A stretch of 64,000 nt of DNA, taken from NCBI GenBank assembly GCA_040954595.2, contig CM082591.2, positions 3,152,259-3,216,258 on the forward strand. The letters run 5' to 3'. The notes under the pieces are model-generated. The model was given only the letters and a program-made list of their open reading frames with translations. It ran no database searches and was not told where the DNA came from. A program made the position numbers and the translations under genes. Numbering within the stretch: the stretch's first letter is position 1; the number at the start of each line of letters is the position of its first letter. Of this stretch, positions 39,401-54,400 are shown piece by piece. This stretch comes from Balanoglossus misakiensis. Its lineage: Eukaryota; Animalia; Hemichordata.

Positions 39401-42400
39401 GTTCAAATTGGAGAATTTTTAAGAATGATGAAAAAATGCTTACAGATGGTGACAGAGAAAGGACATTCTTCTGTGTTGCCGAAGGAATCGGTGATTGTAC
39501 ACGTGATGGTATGTTCACCAACATCGAGGGCTGTTCCTGGTGGAATATCACAAGCCACAGTTGCATTCGCTGATCCACTGTTTGGCTCTGGTATGATGTA
39601 ATTAACAACTTCACTTCCATCGTCATTAACGTCAACCATTTCCATATCGCCTGGACATGTGATTTCAGGTGGTTCATCTTCAAAAAAAAGCAGGTAGAAT
39701 TGATTGTATTTGAATCAAAGATTCAACATCTGATCTTGAGTGTGTTGGCAGGTTATATAAATCGCGTGAACATCGTGTTGTGAAAATTCGTTGATATATA
39801 AGTTATCAGAACAGCTGTTCTGTCACAAAATAATGTAATTAGAAAAAGCAAATCTCAGATATTTGGAGGAATATACTTACAGACCATCACAGTGAATTGG
39901 CAGCTGTCTGAGTTTCCAAATGAATCGGTTATTGTACAAATGACATCATGTGAACCGACTCCAAAGGATGTTGGAGATGGGAAGTTACATGAAACAGAAG
40001 CACCAGCTGTGTTTTCATTTGGCGTTGGAGTTGTGTAACTAACAACAGCTTCACCATTAGATGCATCAGCAACGAATTCCATATCTTCTGGACATGAGAT
40101 TTCTGGTGCAGCATCTGTGGTGAAAAGGCCAATTGTTCTCTGTATGTGTCTAATTATTTATTGCACTAGTCCTACATGCACTTTACTATACAGTTCCGTT
40201 ACCTTGACTTTTAGCTGAAGAATATGTTCAAATGGGAGAATTTTATAGAATGTTGAAATAATGCTTACAGATGGTGACAGAGAAAGGACATTCTTCTGTG
40301 TTGCCAAAGGAATCGGTGATTGTACAGGTGATGATATGTTCACCAACATCGAGAGCTGTTCCTGGTGGAATATCACAGGCCACAGTTGCATCTGCTGATC
40401 CACTGTTTGGCTCTGGTATGTTGTAATTAACAACCTCACTTCCATCATCATTCACGTCAACCATTTCCATATCTTCTGGACATGTGATATCTGGTGGAGC
40501 ATCTGTGGTGAAAAAGGCAAATGGTTTTTGTAAGCGTTTACTTTCTGATTGCACTAATCCTACATGTACTTTACCTATGCAGTTCCATCCCCTTGTAACT
40601 GTGTTGAAAAACTTGTTAGAAATTGTTTTAGTAATGCATGCATGATTAATACAGATGCATGATTTATGTACTGGGGCTATATTTGAATATCTTTACTATG
40701 GAGAACAGTTTGAATATTACAAAAAGATGCATACTGATGTATAGGAACAAATATAGATTTTAATATCGGAATTACTATGTCATCTCAGAAGTTTGAATGA
40801 ACTTACACACAGTAACAGGGAAGTCACAGTCCACACTGTTTCCAAAGGCATCAGTGGCGGTGCATGTGATAGTGTGAGAACCCACAGCAAATGTTGACCC
40901 GGACGGGAAGTCACAGCTCACTGTTACATTCGCAGCATTGGCATTTGTATCTATGGTGTACACCACAGCGACGGAGTTGTCGCCGTCATCATCGATAATT
41001 TCCATTGGTGCTGGACACGTGATCTCTGGTGGTTCATCTAGCAAAGTTAAAACAGGAGACTGTTGTCAAATGGAATCCATGTATACTTACTCAGTAGCAC
41101 TTGTATGTCTCATAACGTTTGCTACAAATAATCTGTAGACTTAGATATAGTGTTTAGCGTGCTCTGAAAGCTGCAGAATTGATCACGTGAATTACATGGT
41201 TTTATTTTTTTTTTGCCAAGTATGTATACAGAGAGATGTTGAATGTTCATGGGGTAACTTCTCTAGAACCATGCAGATAACATTATTGAGACTCACATAT
41301 TGTGACAGTGAAGTCACAAGTGTCTGAATGTCCGGCCTCATCGACTGCTGTACATGTTATGGTGTGACTACCAATACCAACGGCTGTCCCCGATTGTGGG
41401 TCGCACGTCACCGTGGCATCATTGGAGTCCTCATTTGCAGATGGTGTTGTGTATGTGATGATGTGACTGTCATCGGTATCCTCGTCCACGATGTCCATAT
41501 CGTCTGGACAGGTGATCGTCACAGCCGCATCTAGAGAGAAACAATGTGGAATATTGAAAATATATATCTACTGTAGACATTGTTGAAATTGGAGTGCTTG
41601 GAGGTTTTTGGAAAGAAAAAGAAATTGTAGGCAGATGGTGTAGAGGAAAAAACAATTTCCTTCCGGAATACCTCAGGAGAAAGGTGGATGAGCAATCGAA
41701 ATAAATTTTGCTGTAATACTGGCTGAATTTTTTTTACTGATATACCCCCCCCCCCTCAGGAATCAAATGGTTCTCCCCTTATACTCACGGACTATTATTG
41801 TGAAATCGCACGTATCGGTGTTTCCAAAGGCATCCACGGCAGTACACGAGATTGTGTGGTTGCCGACCGAGAAGCTTGCGCCCGAATCCGGATCACACGT
41901 CACTATAAGGGTGGATAACTCGTCCGTTGCGTTGGGTAATGTGTATGTCACAGTCACACTGCCATCGTCATCGTGGTCAACAAAAGACATTTCCGCTGGG
42001 CATGATATCATTGGAGGTGTTTCTGTGAAAGGCAGAATCAAGTAAAATCAACTATTATATTATCCCTCAAAACTTAAACTATTCCCACAGATTGTGTACT
42101 TGTATTCATCGCAATGCATGTTTCAGGTAAATCAAAATTGTCGTTGTTGGGGGTGCTTTTATTACCGCTTTGTGTCTGTAAATAACCCCCAACAAGCATA
42201 CACAGATCGGAACTCTGCTACTTAGAAACTTGAAAGAAATGAATCTGTTTACAACTTACCATCACAAGGCACTGTTAACGCCACGAAGCAAAGGAAAGGA
42301 GAGAAAATGTTTTGTACTTAGGGCAGCATACAACGTAGAAACAGATTTTACATAGTGGCGATAGTCTACCTTGTTCAAATTTGACGGTATTGCGAACGGT

Positions 42401-45400
42401 ATTTTAACTTGTGTACATAGTGCCTGCTCCTCTCAATCAAGCAATTGTTATAAATAGAAAGCTAAGGCTTCACAAAATAAGGAGTAAGTCTTACATGTGC
42501 ATTCTCCAGCTTCATTGTTTCCATAGCGACAGAAACAACCAAACGTGCCATTTATGTATGTGCACACTTCCAGCTCGTCGCACGCGCTATCGTAACATTC
42601 CACCGTGCCGTCTTCGTGACATTCACATGTTATAGAACAGTCGGGATTGGTCCATATATCTCCAGGCTGCATGATGAAATGCAATGAAAAGATCAATCCC
42701 GTATTTAAGCTAATTTCATCGTGGCGTCGTTTCAGAGGACATATCAAACTCCCTGAGAACCTGTTTACAAAAGGTGTTGGCGAGCAGATCGCTGACAATT
42801 TTGGAAATACTCTCCCACTGTTGAACTACCTATTGTTTGCATCGCAGTTAGCAAATCTCTGAGAAACAAAAATCACTTTCGAAAGCAAAAACTACTCGTG
42901 CTTACAGGATGCATTTCACCATGGACAACACAGCCACAGCTGTCACTGGGAACACAGGCCGCCCCGTCGTGCACGTAGCCCTCGTCACACTCGCAGCCTT
43001 CAACGCACGGTTCATCTGGACAGGACATTTCGCCCAGGCAAGTCTCGGGACACGCTGACATGCAGTCGCTGTAATGACTGTTCGGTAGACATGCGGGAAC
43101 TGGAACGCAAATGGGGCAAAAATCAATAAAGATAATTCGACGCTTGGTCAAATGGTTGCAATTTTGAACGCTTGAACTTTTGTACGTCTAAATGGTACAG
43201 AACCATGTTCCAATAGAACTTATACGCTTAGGTAATAATATGCTGGCGATACGCCCTCCTCCCATATTCAACCACACTAAAATCTCATTCATTCACAGGC
43301 TTTATGATTTCACAACTTAAAACGAACTCGCTTTCCAGGCGAACTTACCGCAACGAACATGAACATAAAAAGAGCATGAATCGACATTTCCAGATTCGTC
43401 TTCCGCCGTACAGGTGACTTCGTTTCTCCCGCAGTCAAACAGGTGGCCGGGCTCTTCGCTGCAAGTGACCGTCGCGGCACACTCTCCGTCGGTGGCAGTG
43501 GGTTTGACGTAGTTGACAACTTCGCCATCGCCATCGGGGTCATTCGCGTTGACATCGTCACAACCATCGAGTACAGGAGGGTTGATATCTGTAGAGGCAG
43601 TTAGAGATTATTCGTTATAATATTAACCACACCAGCATCGCATATTTCAAATCATAAATTTTACAGTAGCATTTTATCTACTTGCTCTATAACGATGTTT
43701 TATTCAAGATAAGTCCCTTTTTGGAACAGTGCGGCTTAGATAGTTCTTAATACACACCACGAAATACGCACTACTCTACCTATTAACCTACCCTGTATTT
43801 TTGTTTTTGTTTACAGATCAATTCTACATGTCAGACAGTTTTCGACCAGAGAAGATAGGTTTTGCCAAAGTTTTTTTTGAAACGATAAGTATCCACTCAC
43901 CGCAGACAGCGTAAATGGTGAATGAGGTGGATGATTGCAAACCCTGGGCGTCTGTCGCTGTACAGGTAACCTGGACAGGATCATCACAGAAAACAGTGAC
44001 GCTACTCGAGTGATCGCATGATACTTGGACGTCACCACAGTTGTCCATCGCTTGCGGGACATCAAATGATACAATTTCGCCGTCGTTCTCACAGTCAAAT
44101 ACGGTTATGTCGGAAGCACAGTTGATCATGGGTGGTTCGTTATCTGTGTTATGTACATGGAAAATATAGCATTTAAACAATTGCGACAGTGTGTAAGATT
44201 ATAGTTCAATAAAAACACACATCATCATTTTAAATGTGAAAGCAATCTATACTCTATATGGGGTACATTCTCATGTCCGTATGATGTGTGTTCAGTACGT
44301 TCATTGTTCCTGCAACCCCCCCCCCCCCGATACATGACGGTAAAGAGGTTTGGTTGCCATGACACGCATGCATAACGATTCCTTCAACGCGCAGGCGCAT
44401 TACCTTCCAGTATGTCCACGTGAAACTGGCATGTGTCAGATTTTCCACTGTAGTCATAGGCCGTCAGCGTGATAACGTGCTCGCCGGGTGGAATTATGTC
44501 CAACACGTCATAGGTTGACTCGATTCTGTCGATGCCGCAGTCGTCTGTCACAGAGGGTATTTTCCAGCATACGGCTTCACCATCGCCATCGCAGTCGATG
44601 AGGCTTATGTCAGATGGACACGTGATACTTGGGTTCTCGACATCTGTGGGTTTGAAACAGACGGTAGTGTCTATAGTTTAGTATTCAACACGAGGACTCG
44701 ATTTGTAAACTGCGCCCTACTGTATGGTGGAACCTGTTTCGACATAAGTTTGATCAGTGTGCAGGTATGTACGTTTATGTATGTATGTATGTATGTATGT
44801 ATGTATGTATGTATGTATGTATGTATGTATGTATGTATGTATGTATGTATGTATGTATGTATGTATGTATGTATGTATGTATGTATGTATGTATGTATGT
44901 ATGTATGTATGTATGTATGTATGTATGTATGTATGTATGTATGTATGTATGTATGTATGTATGTGTGTGTGTGTGTGTGTGTGTATGTTTGTTTGTTTGC
45001 AGTGGCTTATCAAATGTCTATGTTAAATGGACAAAATACTCAGGTGCTAAAACCATAATGCTTTTACAGACGACAATGCAACTTCACATATAATGCCGGC
45101 CCAACCTACCACATGCCACTTCGACGGAAAATGAACAAGAACTAGACGATCCTCCCTCGTCAACAGCTGTGCACGTGACCACGGTCGTCTCGCCACAAGG
45201 AAATATGGACTCGTTGGGTAAATAGTCACACGTGACTGTGACCTCACAGTCGTCTGTCGCTGTCGGAATGGCGAAGTCCACCATTTCACCGTCATTTTCA
45301 CAATCCATCACGGACAATATATCACCTGAACATTGGCCTATAGAAGGCGGAGCCTGATCTGTGTGGTGACAAGTTAAATAAAACAGGTAAGAAAAAAAAA

Positions 45401-48400
45401 TAATTGGACATTAGCACATACTCCTACAAACTGGTGCACTTGTGATAAAACTAAATGTGGAAACTGGCACTGGTTTTTATTGTGTCATATACAGACAGAA
45501 ACGAGTAAAATTTCACACTAGAACAGATAAAAAGGTGCCTGCGCTGTAAAAGATAAAACCTACCACAGACAACGGTGACACTGAAGCTTTCCGAAGCAGT
45601 GTTGCCGACGCTGTCTGTGGCATTGCACGTCACTGTTGTGGTGCCACAAGCAAAGTGTTCACCAGACGACTGTGTGCACGTGACCAACATCTCGCCCTCA
45701 CAGTCGTCGGTGGCAGTGGCGGAAAATTCGATAGGCATCCCGTCCGACGTGCAACTTTCCACGTTGATGTCATCGGGCACAGTCAGGACTGGTGGAACAT
45801 CGTCTGCGAATAAAACGGAAGTTACGTCAACCGTTTGTCTGTGCGAGTTTCTAGCTCTTGTCATAAACTACAGTAATCATGAAATCAGAGGTCCCCTTTC
45901 AGTACTTCATACGCGCAGCCGCAGACAGGACGTTAACCACCCTTTAAACTAAGGTACTATAACATCAAAATATCAGGACTAGCAATATATCACATAACAA
46001 CCGTCATCACCACCAGCATCGGACAACAATGAATGAATGCACATGTTTCAGTAATGAACCATCTAATGACGTAGCTCATAGACAGGACATACCTTGACAC
46101 TCAAGCGTTACTGTGAACGTCGTCATCGATGGATTTCCGAAGGTATCCTCGGTCATGCACTGTACCTCAGTGGACCCGCATTGGAAGAGACTATCCGACG
46201 CATGGTTGCACCTGACCTCGCCCATGGCACAGTTGTCAGTCGCAGACGGCAAATAATAGTGAACAATCTCACCATGGCAAGAGGCGTCCTGAATGGTTAT
46301 GTCATCAACCGCATCAAACACCGGTGGTTCATCATCTGAAAGAGAACGCCGCAAGACAGTTTTAAAAATAGCGCCTTTGGCACTGTTGTTACCATTTTCT
46401 ACAGCAGTAGACAGGTTCAATAAATGCAGTCCCTCGCTCTCTCTACATACCAATGTTGTGGGCAAATCAAGGGACTAATCAGATGATGTATTGATAGCAT
46501 GTTGCCAGTCTGTGGTCCACAAGACCTTCCGCCTTACCGCAATTCACCGTGACGACAAATTCTGACACGGCAGTATTTCCCGCGTTGTCCTGGACTTCGC
46601 ACGAGACAAAGGTAGCACCGCAGGGGAAGAAGCCATCTTGGTCGGGGTCACAATCGATTGACACACTGTCCTGACAATCATCAGATGCGGTCAGACCGAG
46701 ATCGACTAAGCTTCCGGTTTTGCTGCAGACATCCACGGTTCGGTCTCCGCCTCCGTCAATTTCAGGTGGATTATTATCTGTGAATGATATGTTTATAAAA
46801 AGTTCATTATGAACAGTTATAATCAACTTGAAGCAACTTTCTATCTATAATTTAAATCGTGGCGGTATCAAGACAACGGATAGACAAGTCGATCATTTAG
46901 CATTTCGAGTGACTTTAGCCCGGGCAGTAAAATAATTTTACCAATGCTGATCAGTGGTAAATAAAATGCAGAAACGTCATCAAAAGTAACAGCTATTGTT
47001 TCGTCATCAGAATAGAAGTTCAGAAGTGCTTGCCTATGCACTGGACATTGATCGTGAAGCCGTCCGAAAACGTGTTTCCATTCTGATCTTCGGCGACGCA
47101 GGTGACGATGTGCGAGCCGCAGGCGAAGAAGCTATCGGGTTCCGGGTCACAGGTCACGGTGACGAAGCAGTGGTCCTCGGCGACGGGCAGTTCGTAGCTG
47201 ACGGTGGTGCCGTCACAGCTGGTGGTATTTGTGATCACGTCATCAGCCGCGAAGACGGGGGCGAAGAGATCTGAAAGTGAGAATGCATGGTAGTAAAGCG
47301 CCAATCGGAAGTTTAAAATATTCTAGAGAACACCAGGTAGAGAAGAGAAAAACAATACCCGGGATAACGTTGACTTCGAATCTACAGGTTCCCTTATTGC
47401 CGGCATCGTCGTACGCGTCACATATGACATCCAGTGGTGTGTCACCCGTGGTGAAAAAAGTACCGCTTGGTGGGTTGCACGTCACTGGAACTGTCTGACC
47501 GTCATCATCCGTTGCGGTGACGTCATACTGCACCATTTCGCCGCCATCTTCGTCACAGTCGATCACGGTCGTGTCGATGCAGTTAAGGGTCGGTGGAATG
47601 ACGTCTGAAAAAATCAGTAGTGTCCAACAGGCGGATTATTGTAAGAGTTATTTAAAAAAATGAGAAATCGTAAAACAGCATACCTCCCGTCCCCAGCCCC
47701 CTGGTCATTTACGGACCTCAAATCACGGGCACTTTGCTCGCCAAATTCAGCTCATATACAGCAACACACTTACCGCATAAAACTTCAATGGTGATGTGGC
47801 AGTTGTCGGTATTCCCGGCCAGATCTGTAGCGGTGCATGTCACCACGGTCTCGCCGCAGGGAAACTCGTCAGGATTTTCGTAGTTGCAGACTACGGTCGG
47901 CTCGCCACAGTCGTCCGTAGCGTCGGCGTTGAAGGTGATGGATTCTTTCAGATCATCGCTGGTGTCTACCACGATGACGCGCTCGTCGCACGCGATGGTT
48001 GGCGGACCGATATCTTGTAGGAACGATACAAAACAATGACAGGCTGTCAGCTTAAGATGTTAACTCTGGAATCCCAGTCTAGAATAACTCCTTAAGTTGT
48101 GGGACAATGTCACTAAATCGCCACTTGACTGTCAACAATTTGCAAGTCGTTTACTGCAAATTACCAGGCCACTAACGTTGGTGGAGACGTTTGCTTTGGT
48201 CCCAAACATACAACGCCATCTTCGGGAACTCAAATTTTGGAGAAGGCACCTTTACATAAAGCAACATACTGAATCCTAGCCATGTTTTCAGAAGATAATA
48301 ATCATATGAGATGTTTACATACAGTCTCAGAATGATTCTTGCAGGAACGTCCTTAACTATGAGTCTTACCAGGACAAAGAACTGTATTTACAACACTCTG

Positions 48401-51400
48401 GGAGGCTGTATTGCCATTACTGTCAGTCGCGACACACTCCACCTCTGTTTGACCGCACGGGAAGTTGTACCCCGGGGCTGGGGAGCAGGCCACTGTCGCC
48501 GGACCACAATTGTCGCTCGCCGCTGGCATCGAGTAGGCGATCATCTCACCCGAGCAGTCACCCGAGAACCCATCGGTCTGGTTCAGTGACGATGTAAACA
48601 CTGGTGGCATGTTGTCTATTGGTATTTTAGAAAGAAAGAGATGTTTAAAGGCACAGTAGCTGTAACTGTTGATAGTATTGTAATGTCGCCTACAGTTTCT
48701 TGTTCTATATCATATTGATATGTCAAGCATTCAGCTTGTTAAATTGATCCTCAGTGTCGATTTTCCGAAATTAGTTTTAACACGTGTAGAAGGCATGTTC
48801 TCAGTATCATGACACACAGGTCTAGAGAATATGGTAAAGCTTACTGAGACTAAATCAACAAGTGGGTGCTCCCCATGCGAGCTTTGTGGTGATTTTCCTC
48901 TCGGGGGGAAAATGGTCTATTATCTGATCTGATTTATTCACCGGGACGGCGCCCAACTTACCGAGGAGAACACTCACGGTGAAGGTGCAATCAGCCGATT
49001 GGCCGACAGCATCCTCGGTGCTGCACGTGACCTCGTGCTCGCCAATGGCAAACAGGGTGCCGCTGGGCGGGTCGCACGTGACCTCAAGCACAGTGCCGTC
49101 AGCGCTCACAGCGGAGAATATGTAGTCCACCTCTTCGCCGTCCTCATCGCAGTCAAATACGTCGTGGGGTTTGCAGGACAAAACTGGTGGTCCATCGTCT
49201 AGTTTATAAAAAAGGGCACTATGTTTACGTTCTTTTTTATGCAAATCATTAATGAATGTTAAAAACATATAGAGAGAAAACAGGGTGTTCCCATGCTACT
49301 ATTTCGGTTAGTTAGGTGGTCTCAAAAATTGTGGAAAATGCTGAGTCAAAAATGGTGGAAAATGCTGAGTCATCACTTTTCTCGCACGTTAATGCTGTAG
49401 TAGTCCTTTGGTGAAAATATCTGAACAGCTCTTGGATATCAAGCGTGATGACATGGTGTTTTCTTTATAATACTCCTCTTTTGGCACCCTTTGTGAAAAA
49501 TGACAATATTCCAACACCGTCGCTAGACTTATGAAAAAGGTGTATGACAAGTAATGCTTACCACAGATGACAAAGACTTCGAATGTACAGCTGGCGATGT
49601 GACCAATGTCGTCGATGACGTTGCAGCTGACTGTCGTCTGGCCGCACGGATATAGGTGCAGTTCGGGGAAGTTGCAGGTGACGGTGGGGTTGCCGCAAGT
49701 GGCCGTGGCCGTGGGTGTTGTGTAAGAGACGATCTCGCCTCCGTCTCCGTCCTCGTTCACTGCGATGATGTTGCCGGGGCAACTGACCACAGGCGCTGGT
49801 GCCGACTCTGTGGTTTCGACAACAATGCGAAGATATTATGATATTTCAGTTCAGGCTTGAATTTTCTGTGCTGTCAACAACAACAATGGCCGGAACACAA
49901 CAAATGTTGACGAACAGAATAATGAACAGATTAAACTTGACACATCAGAACATTCAGTAATGGAGAAAGTAGCAGTGGCCCTCCGGGACAAAACAAGGCA
50001 ATGCTACGGCCACTGCGGCAGCAATTTCAACAGCGCCATCAATGCAACCACTTACCGCAATCCACCATTGCCACCACAGCCAGCAGATTGCTGTTGCCAT
50101 GCATATCGGTTGCCACGCACTCCAGGGAGGAATCACCGCATTCAAACAGGCTTCCGGACGGCGGCGTGCACGTGACCGTGGGCGCGCCACACTCGTCAGT
50201 AGCACTGGGGTTCGTATACGAAATCACTGCACCAGAACACTGCGACGATTCGGCTGTTGGTGGTTGGAACATACCCTCGAATTCAGGCGGCATCGTGTCT
50301 ACATAAAAAGAGAGATGCGAGTTGTCAAAATAATACATATAATAAATTTGCATAGCTGACCAAATGATCCGTTCGTGAAAAGCACGATCCATCTCCTTTT
50401 TCATTCTAATCTGTCATGACGCAAAATTGTCTTTCAAAACTTACCCTGATAGACGTCCACGAAGAAATTGCAGCTTGAGGTCCTCCCTTCGCTGTCTTGC
50501 GTTGTGCAGGTCACCAACTGTGGTCCCCCGCTTATTGTGTAGACGGTCGATTCGTCTTTGTCGCAGGTGTACGACAGGGAATTGCTGTTGGCGTCCACCG
50601 CGTTCACGCTGTACGTCACCATCTCGCCATCTTCTTCGCAGTCAACGGCGTCCACGTCGGCACACGTCATCCTGGGTGCGTCTGGATCTGTGATTGGACA
50701 ATATATGGAAAGCGGTGGTCAGTTGAAGGAGAGATAAACAGGTGGGCAGATGGCACACATGAAATGGACCTCTCTGTGTCTGTCTGTCTGTCTCTATGAA
50801 ATCCGGTAACGAACCTGCAGTTACTTAATCTCTGTCTGCCCGTGTCTCTGTCCCTCACAACACACACACACACACCTCACCCTCAACTCTCTCTCTCTCT
50901 CTAAACAGTATTATTATTAACTTTTCACGATTAGATAATATCTTACCACATGACACAGCGACGGAAAAGAAACACGTGTCAGAGTTTCCAGAGGCGTCTG
51001 TCGCCGTACAACTGACGTCGTGCGATCCGCACATGAACAAGGATCCGCTCGGGGGTGTGCATTCGACTGCCGGAGGACCGCAGTTGTCAGTCACTTCAGG
51101 GTCGTAGTACACTGGCTCCTCTTCGTTGCGGTCAGAGTCGTGCACGAGATAGAAGGGGTTGCACTTTGTAAAGGTCGGGTTGATGGCGTCTAGAGAAAAG
51201 GTGAAAGTATGGACAGGAGAGTGATTAAAAGGTTTCAAAGTATACGGCCACCAATGCACACTTAACCACTTTCACCATCTAACCTGTCTCAGATTTTCAG
51301 TGGGGTTAGCACACACGATAAACAGTGTGCCACCACATGGTCATCCAGAGACCTAGACACGCCCTTTTGACCATATACAGGCATATGTAAATTAGAGGTG

Positions 51401-54400
51401 ACTATATACCCTTAAGATAAAATTCTTATCATGTAAATTTGGCGGATAATGGTGCTTGCATATGTGGTAGGGTAGTTGTTAAGTTTAACTGTCTGGGTAG
51501 GTTAACACCTTGGTTGCAAACGTCTGCTGATAACCAACACACAAAAAGGATAAAAAATCACCAAAATATGCTGTTACTGACCACAGACCACTGTCACAGT
51601 AAACGAAGACGACCCGGTCTGCCCACAGTCGTCCGTTGCCTCGCAGGTCACTGTGTGTGGACCGCACGGCAGGAAATCGCCCGAGGCCGGAGTGCAGATT
51701 GGTTCCAAGTCGTTCTGTACCTCGTGGGTGGCATTGGCGGAGAAAGTCACGACGCCCCCGTTCGGCGTACAGCTGTGTTCGTCGAAGCTCTCCGGAACGT
51801 TCACGATGGGTTCCATTACATCTGAGTACAACAACGAGGGGGAATTTTAGTGCCACAAGTAAAATCCGAATATGATGAATAACAAGCGTGTCAATACACA
51901 ATGTGCACGTGCACCAAGCTATTTGCAAGTGCCTGGGCACATTATGTCTTAGGAGTAGATTCCTGTGATTAATTATAACAGAGGCATTTTCGTACAAATG
52001 CCTGAATTAACTACGGGCGGTACACGAGAAACACTTACTACACACTACCGCAATGGTGAAGTCGGCGATCGCTGTGTGGTTGCAGCTGTCGGTGGCCATG
52101 CATAGGGCATTGGTGAAACCACAGGGAAACGAGTCTCCCGAGAATTCATCACAGTCGATTGCGACGTTGTCGTCGATGGAATCCGTCGCTGTCACTGCAT
52201 AGTTCACCACGGTATCCTGATTGTCGCAGCTTGCCACAGTCGTACCGGAGACAATTATCTCGGGTGGATCGTTGTCTGTTCAAGAGCAAGATATACCATT
52301 TAATTCTTTATATGTGAATATTAACTATTCAGTACTATATTTCGCTTTCTTTATCCTGTGTCTTTAACCTGGAGTCTGAGTGTGTCACCGTTAGGTTCAT
52401 ATTGCAAAATTCAGCCACAGCCGGGCGTCCGTACGATGTTCATGTACATTTGTACACTGTTTACCTATCAGTAAGCTGTCGGATTTAGATGAACCAATCT
52501 AATTCGGAAAGTAAAATCATGAAAATATTGCCAAAAGTGTCAGGAGCTTAACACGGAAGCGACAGTAAATGAAAAGTGATACTAACCGCAGTACAGAGAG
52601 ACGTATTTTGCGTTAGTCTTGACGTTCCCGCAGACGGGGGAGACATCCGTGGTGCACAGCACTCTGGTCATTCCACAAGCGAAGAAATCCGGGTTGCCGT
52701 TGACGAGATCGTGGGTACAGGTGACCGCCAGCGGGTCGCCAAACTCGTCCTCCGCGTAGACAGGCAATATCACCTCCGCTCCTTCGGTCGTGTCACAGGC
52801 GATCACCTCGTGGGGGCTGGAGAGGTATATCTTGGGGACTGATCAGATGAAAGTGTAGAAATGAGCACGAAATCTGGAATAATTAGTCGAAATTGAGTAT
52901 CACCCCATCCTGGTAATTGTCCCTACCCTAACCTTAGTGAGTGATGAAAATCCAATTATTACAATGTGATTTGACCCCTTAGCACAGGTGGCATGCATTG
53001 TCCTGTTCAGGAGTACTATCTCAGAAATCGTCAATTTGGTTGGGAAACCAGACTATAATCACTTACTGCATCTGACGACCACCCAGAATCTCCTGACCAT
53101 GACCTTGTCGCAGTGATCGGTGGCGTAGCACGAGACCCTTGTGTTGCCGCACGGGTACTTATCGCCAGGGGCGTGGTCACACGCCAGGGTGACGTCAGGG
53201 TCCTGCGCGTCCGAAGCGACGGGCATCGTCCAGTGGACTTCCGCTCCGGTGGGATCGCACGTGTAGTTGTACTGTGTGAGCATCTTTGTCAACGAAGGTC
53301 GTCTTATGTCTTCAATGAAAACAGAGGAAAATGTATCAATCAAAAGAAATGTATATTGTTGTTTTTTCTTGGCTCTGTGCGTCATCCGTTAACAAACTGA
53401 TTGCTTCTGTCAGATAAGAAGATCCAGCAGGTTACAAGGGGTAACGTTGTCAGATTTCTTCAAATCGTATCAACACTTTTTGTGACTTGTTTTATTGACT
53501 TCCCACCTTCGGCATGTTCCTCGAGTTTCTACAAGGAATAATATATATATGCTTTCGAACCAGAGATTTGAACCTACCACAGGTCAAAGCTACGTTGAAG
53601 CTGACCGACGCCGTGTTGTTGCACATGTCGCTGACCACACACGAGACGGAGGTACTGCCGCACTCGAAGAACGACCCCGAGTTGTGGCTGCCACAGTCGA
53701 CGGTGTACATCCCGGAATTGTCGGTGGCGTCGATGACGAAGTCGACGGTGGTACCCGTGGAGGGGCAAGACAGCATGTCGATGTCTTGAGGAGGTGTTGG
53801 AATCGGGGGGTCCGTGTCTGAAACAGGCGAGATTATTATAAATACAAGTCATGCACTGTACACGGTGTTATGACTGAAGCAGTAATTTTGATCATGGTTG
53901 TTTTTAATGAAACTGAGATATCCCCATGAATGGCAAAATACATCATAACATACCACAGATGTGCGTGACGACAAAACTCTCTACGGCATCATTTCCCACG
54001 CTGTCGCTGGCTGAGCACGTGACCGTCGTGTCCCCACAAGGGAAACCACTGCCAGAGGGGGGATTGCAAGTGACCGGAACGGCCCCGCCACAGTTGTCGA
54101 CTGCCGATACGCTGTAGTCAATTATCTCGTCGGCCGCACAGCCGAAGTTGGTGAAGTCACCGGGTGTGGTTATGACAGGACTCTCGGCGTCTGAAATGGC
54201 GATATCGTTGACAGTCAGTCATTGTGGGGCCTATCAGAGAGGCAGACGGTACAGCGAGAGAAGTGGAGACCGAAGAACAGAGACAAGGAAGGTGGCAAAT
54301 GTCCCCCCACTGGCGCTCGCAAGGATAGTGGGTATGTATCCATGCGTGTTCCCAAAACACGCATGTTGTTGACGGGCCGTGAAAATAAGAAGAAAAGCTT

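Noticed and set aside
34730-40560. Regular repeat array as CRISPR, satellite or transposon cluster
   Set aside because: Units are GT-AG-bounded coding exons plus alignable introns; there are no unique spacers, cas genes or transposase.
44717-45093. MYVC/HTYI repeat ORFs (also 57127-57624 and ERER at 10417-10662)
   Set aside because: Translations of microsatellites.
49323-49372. 24-bp direct repeat x2
   Set aside because: Ordinary intronic slippage duplication.
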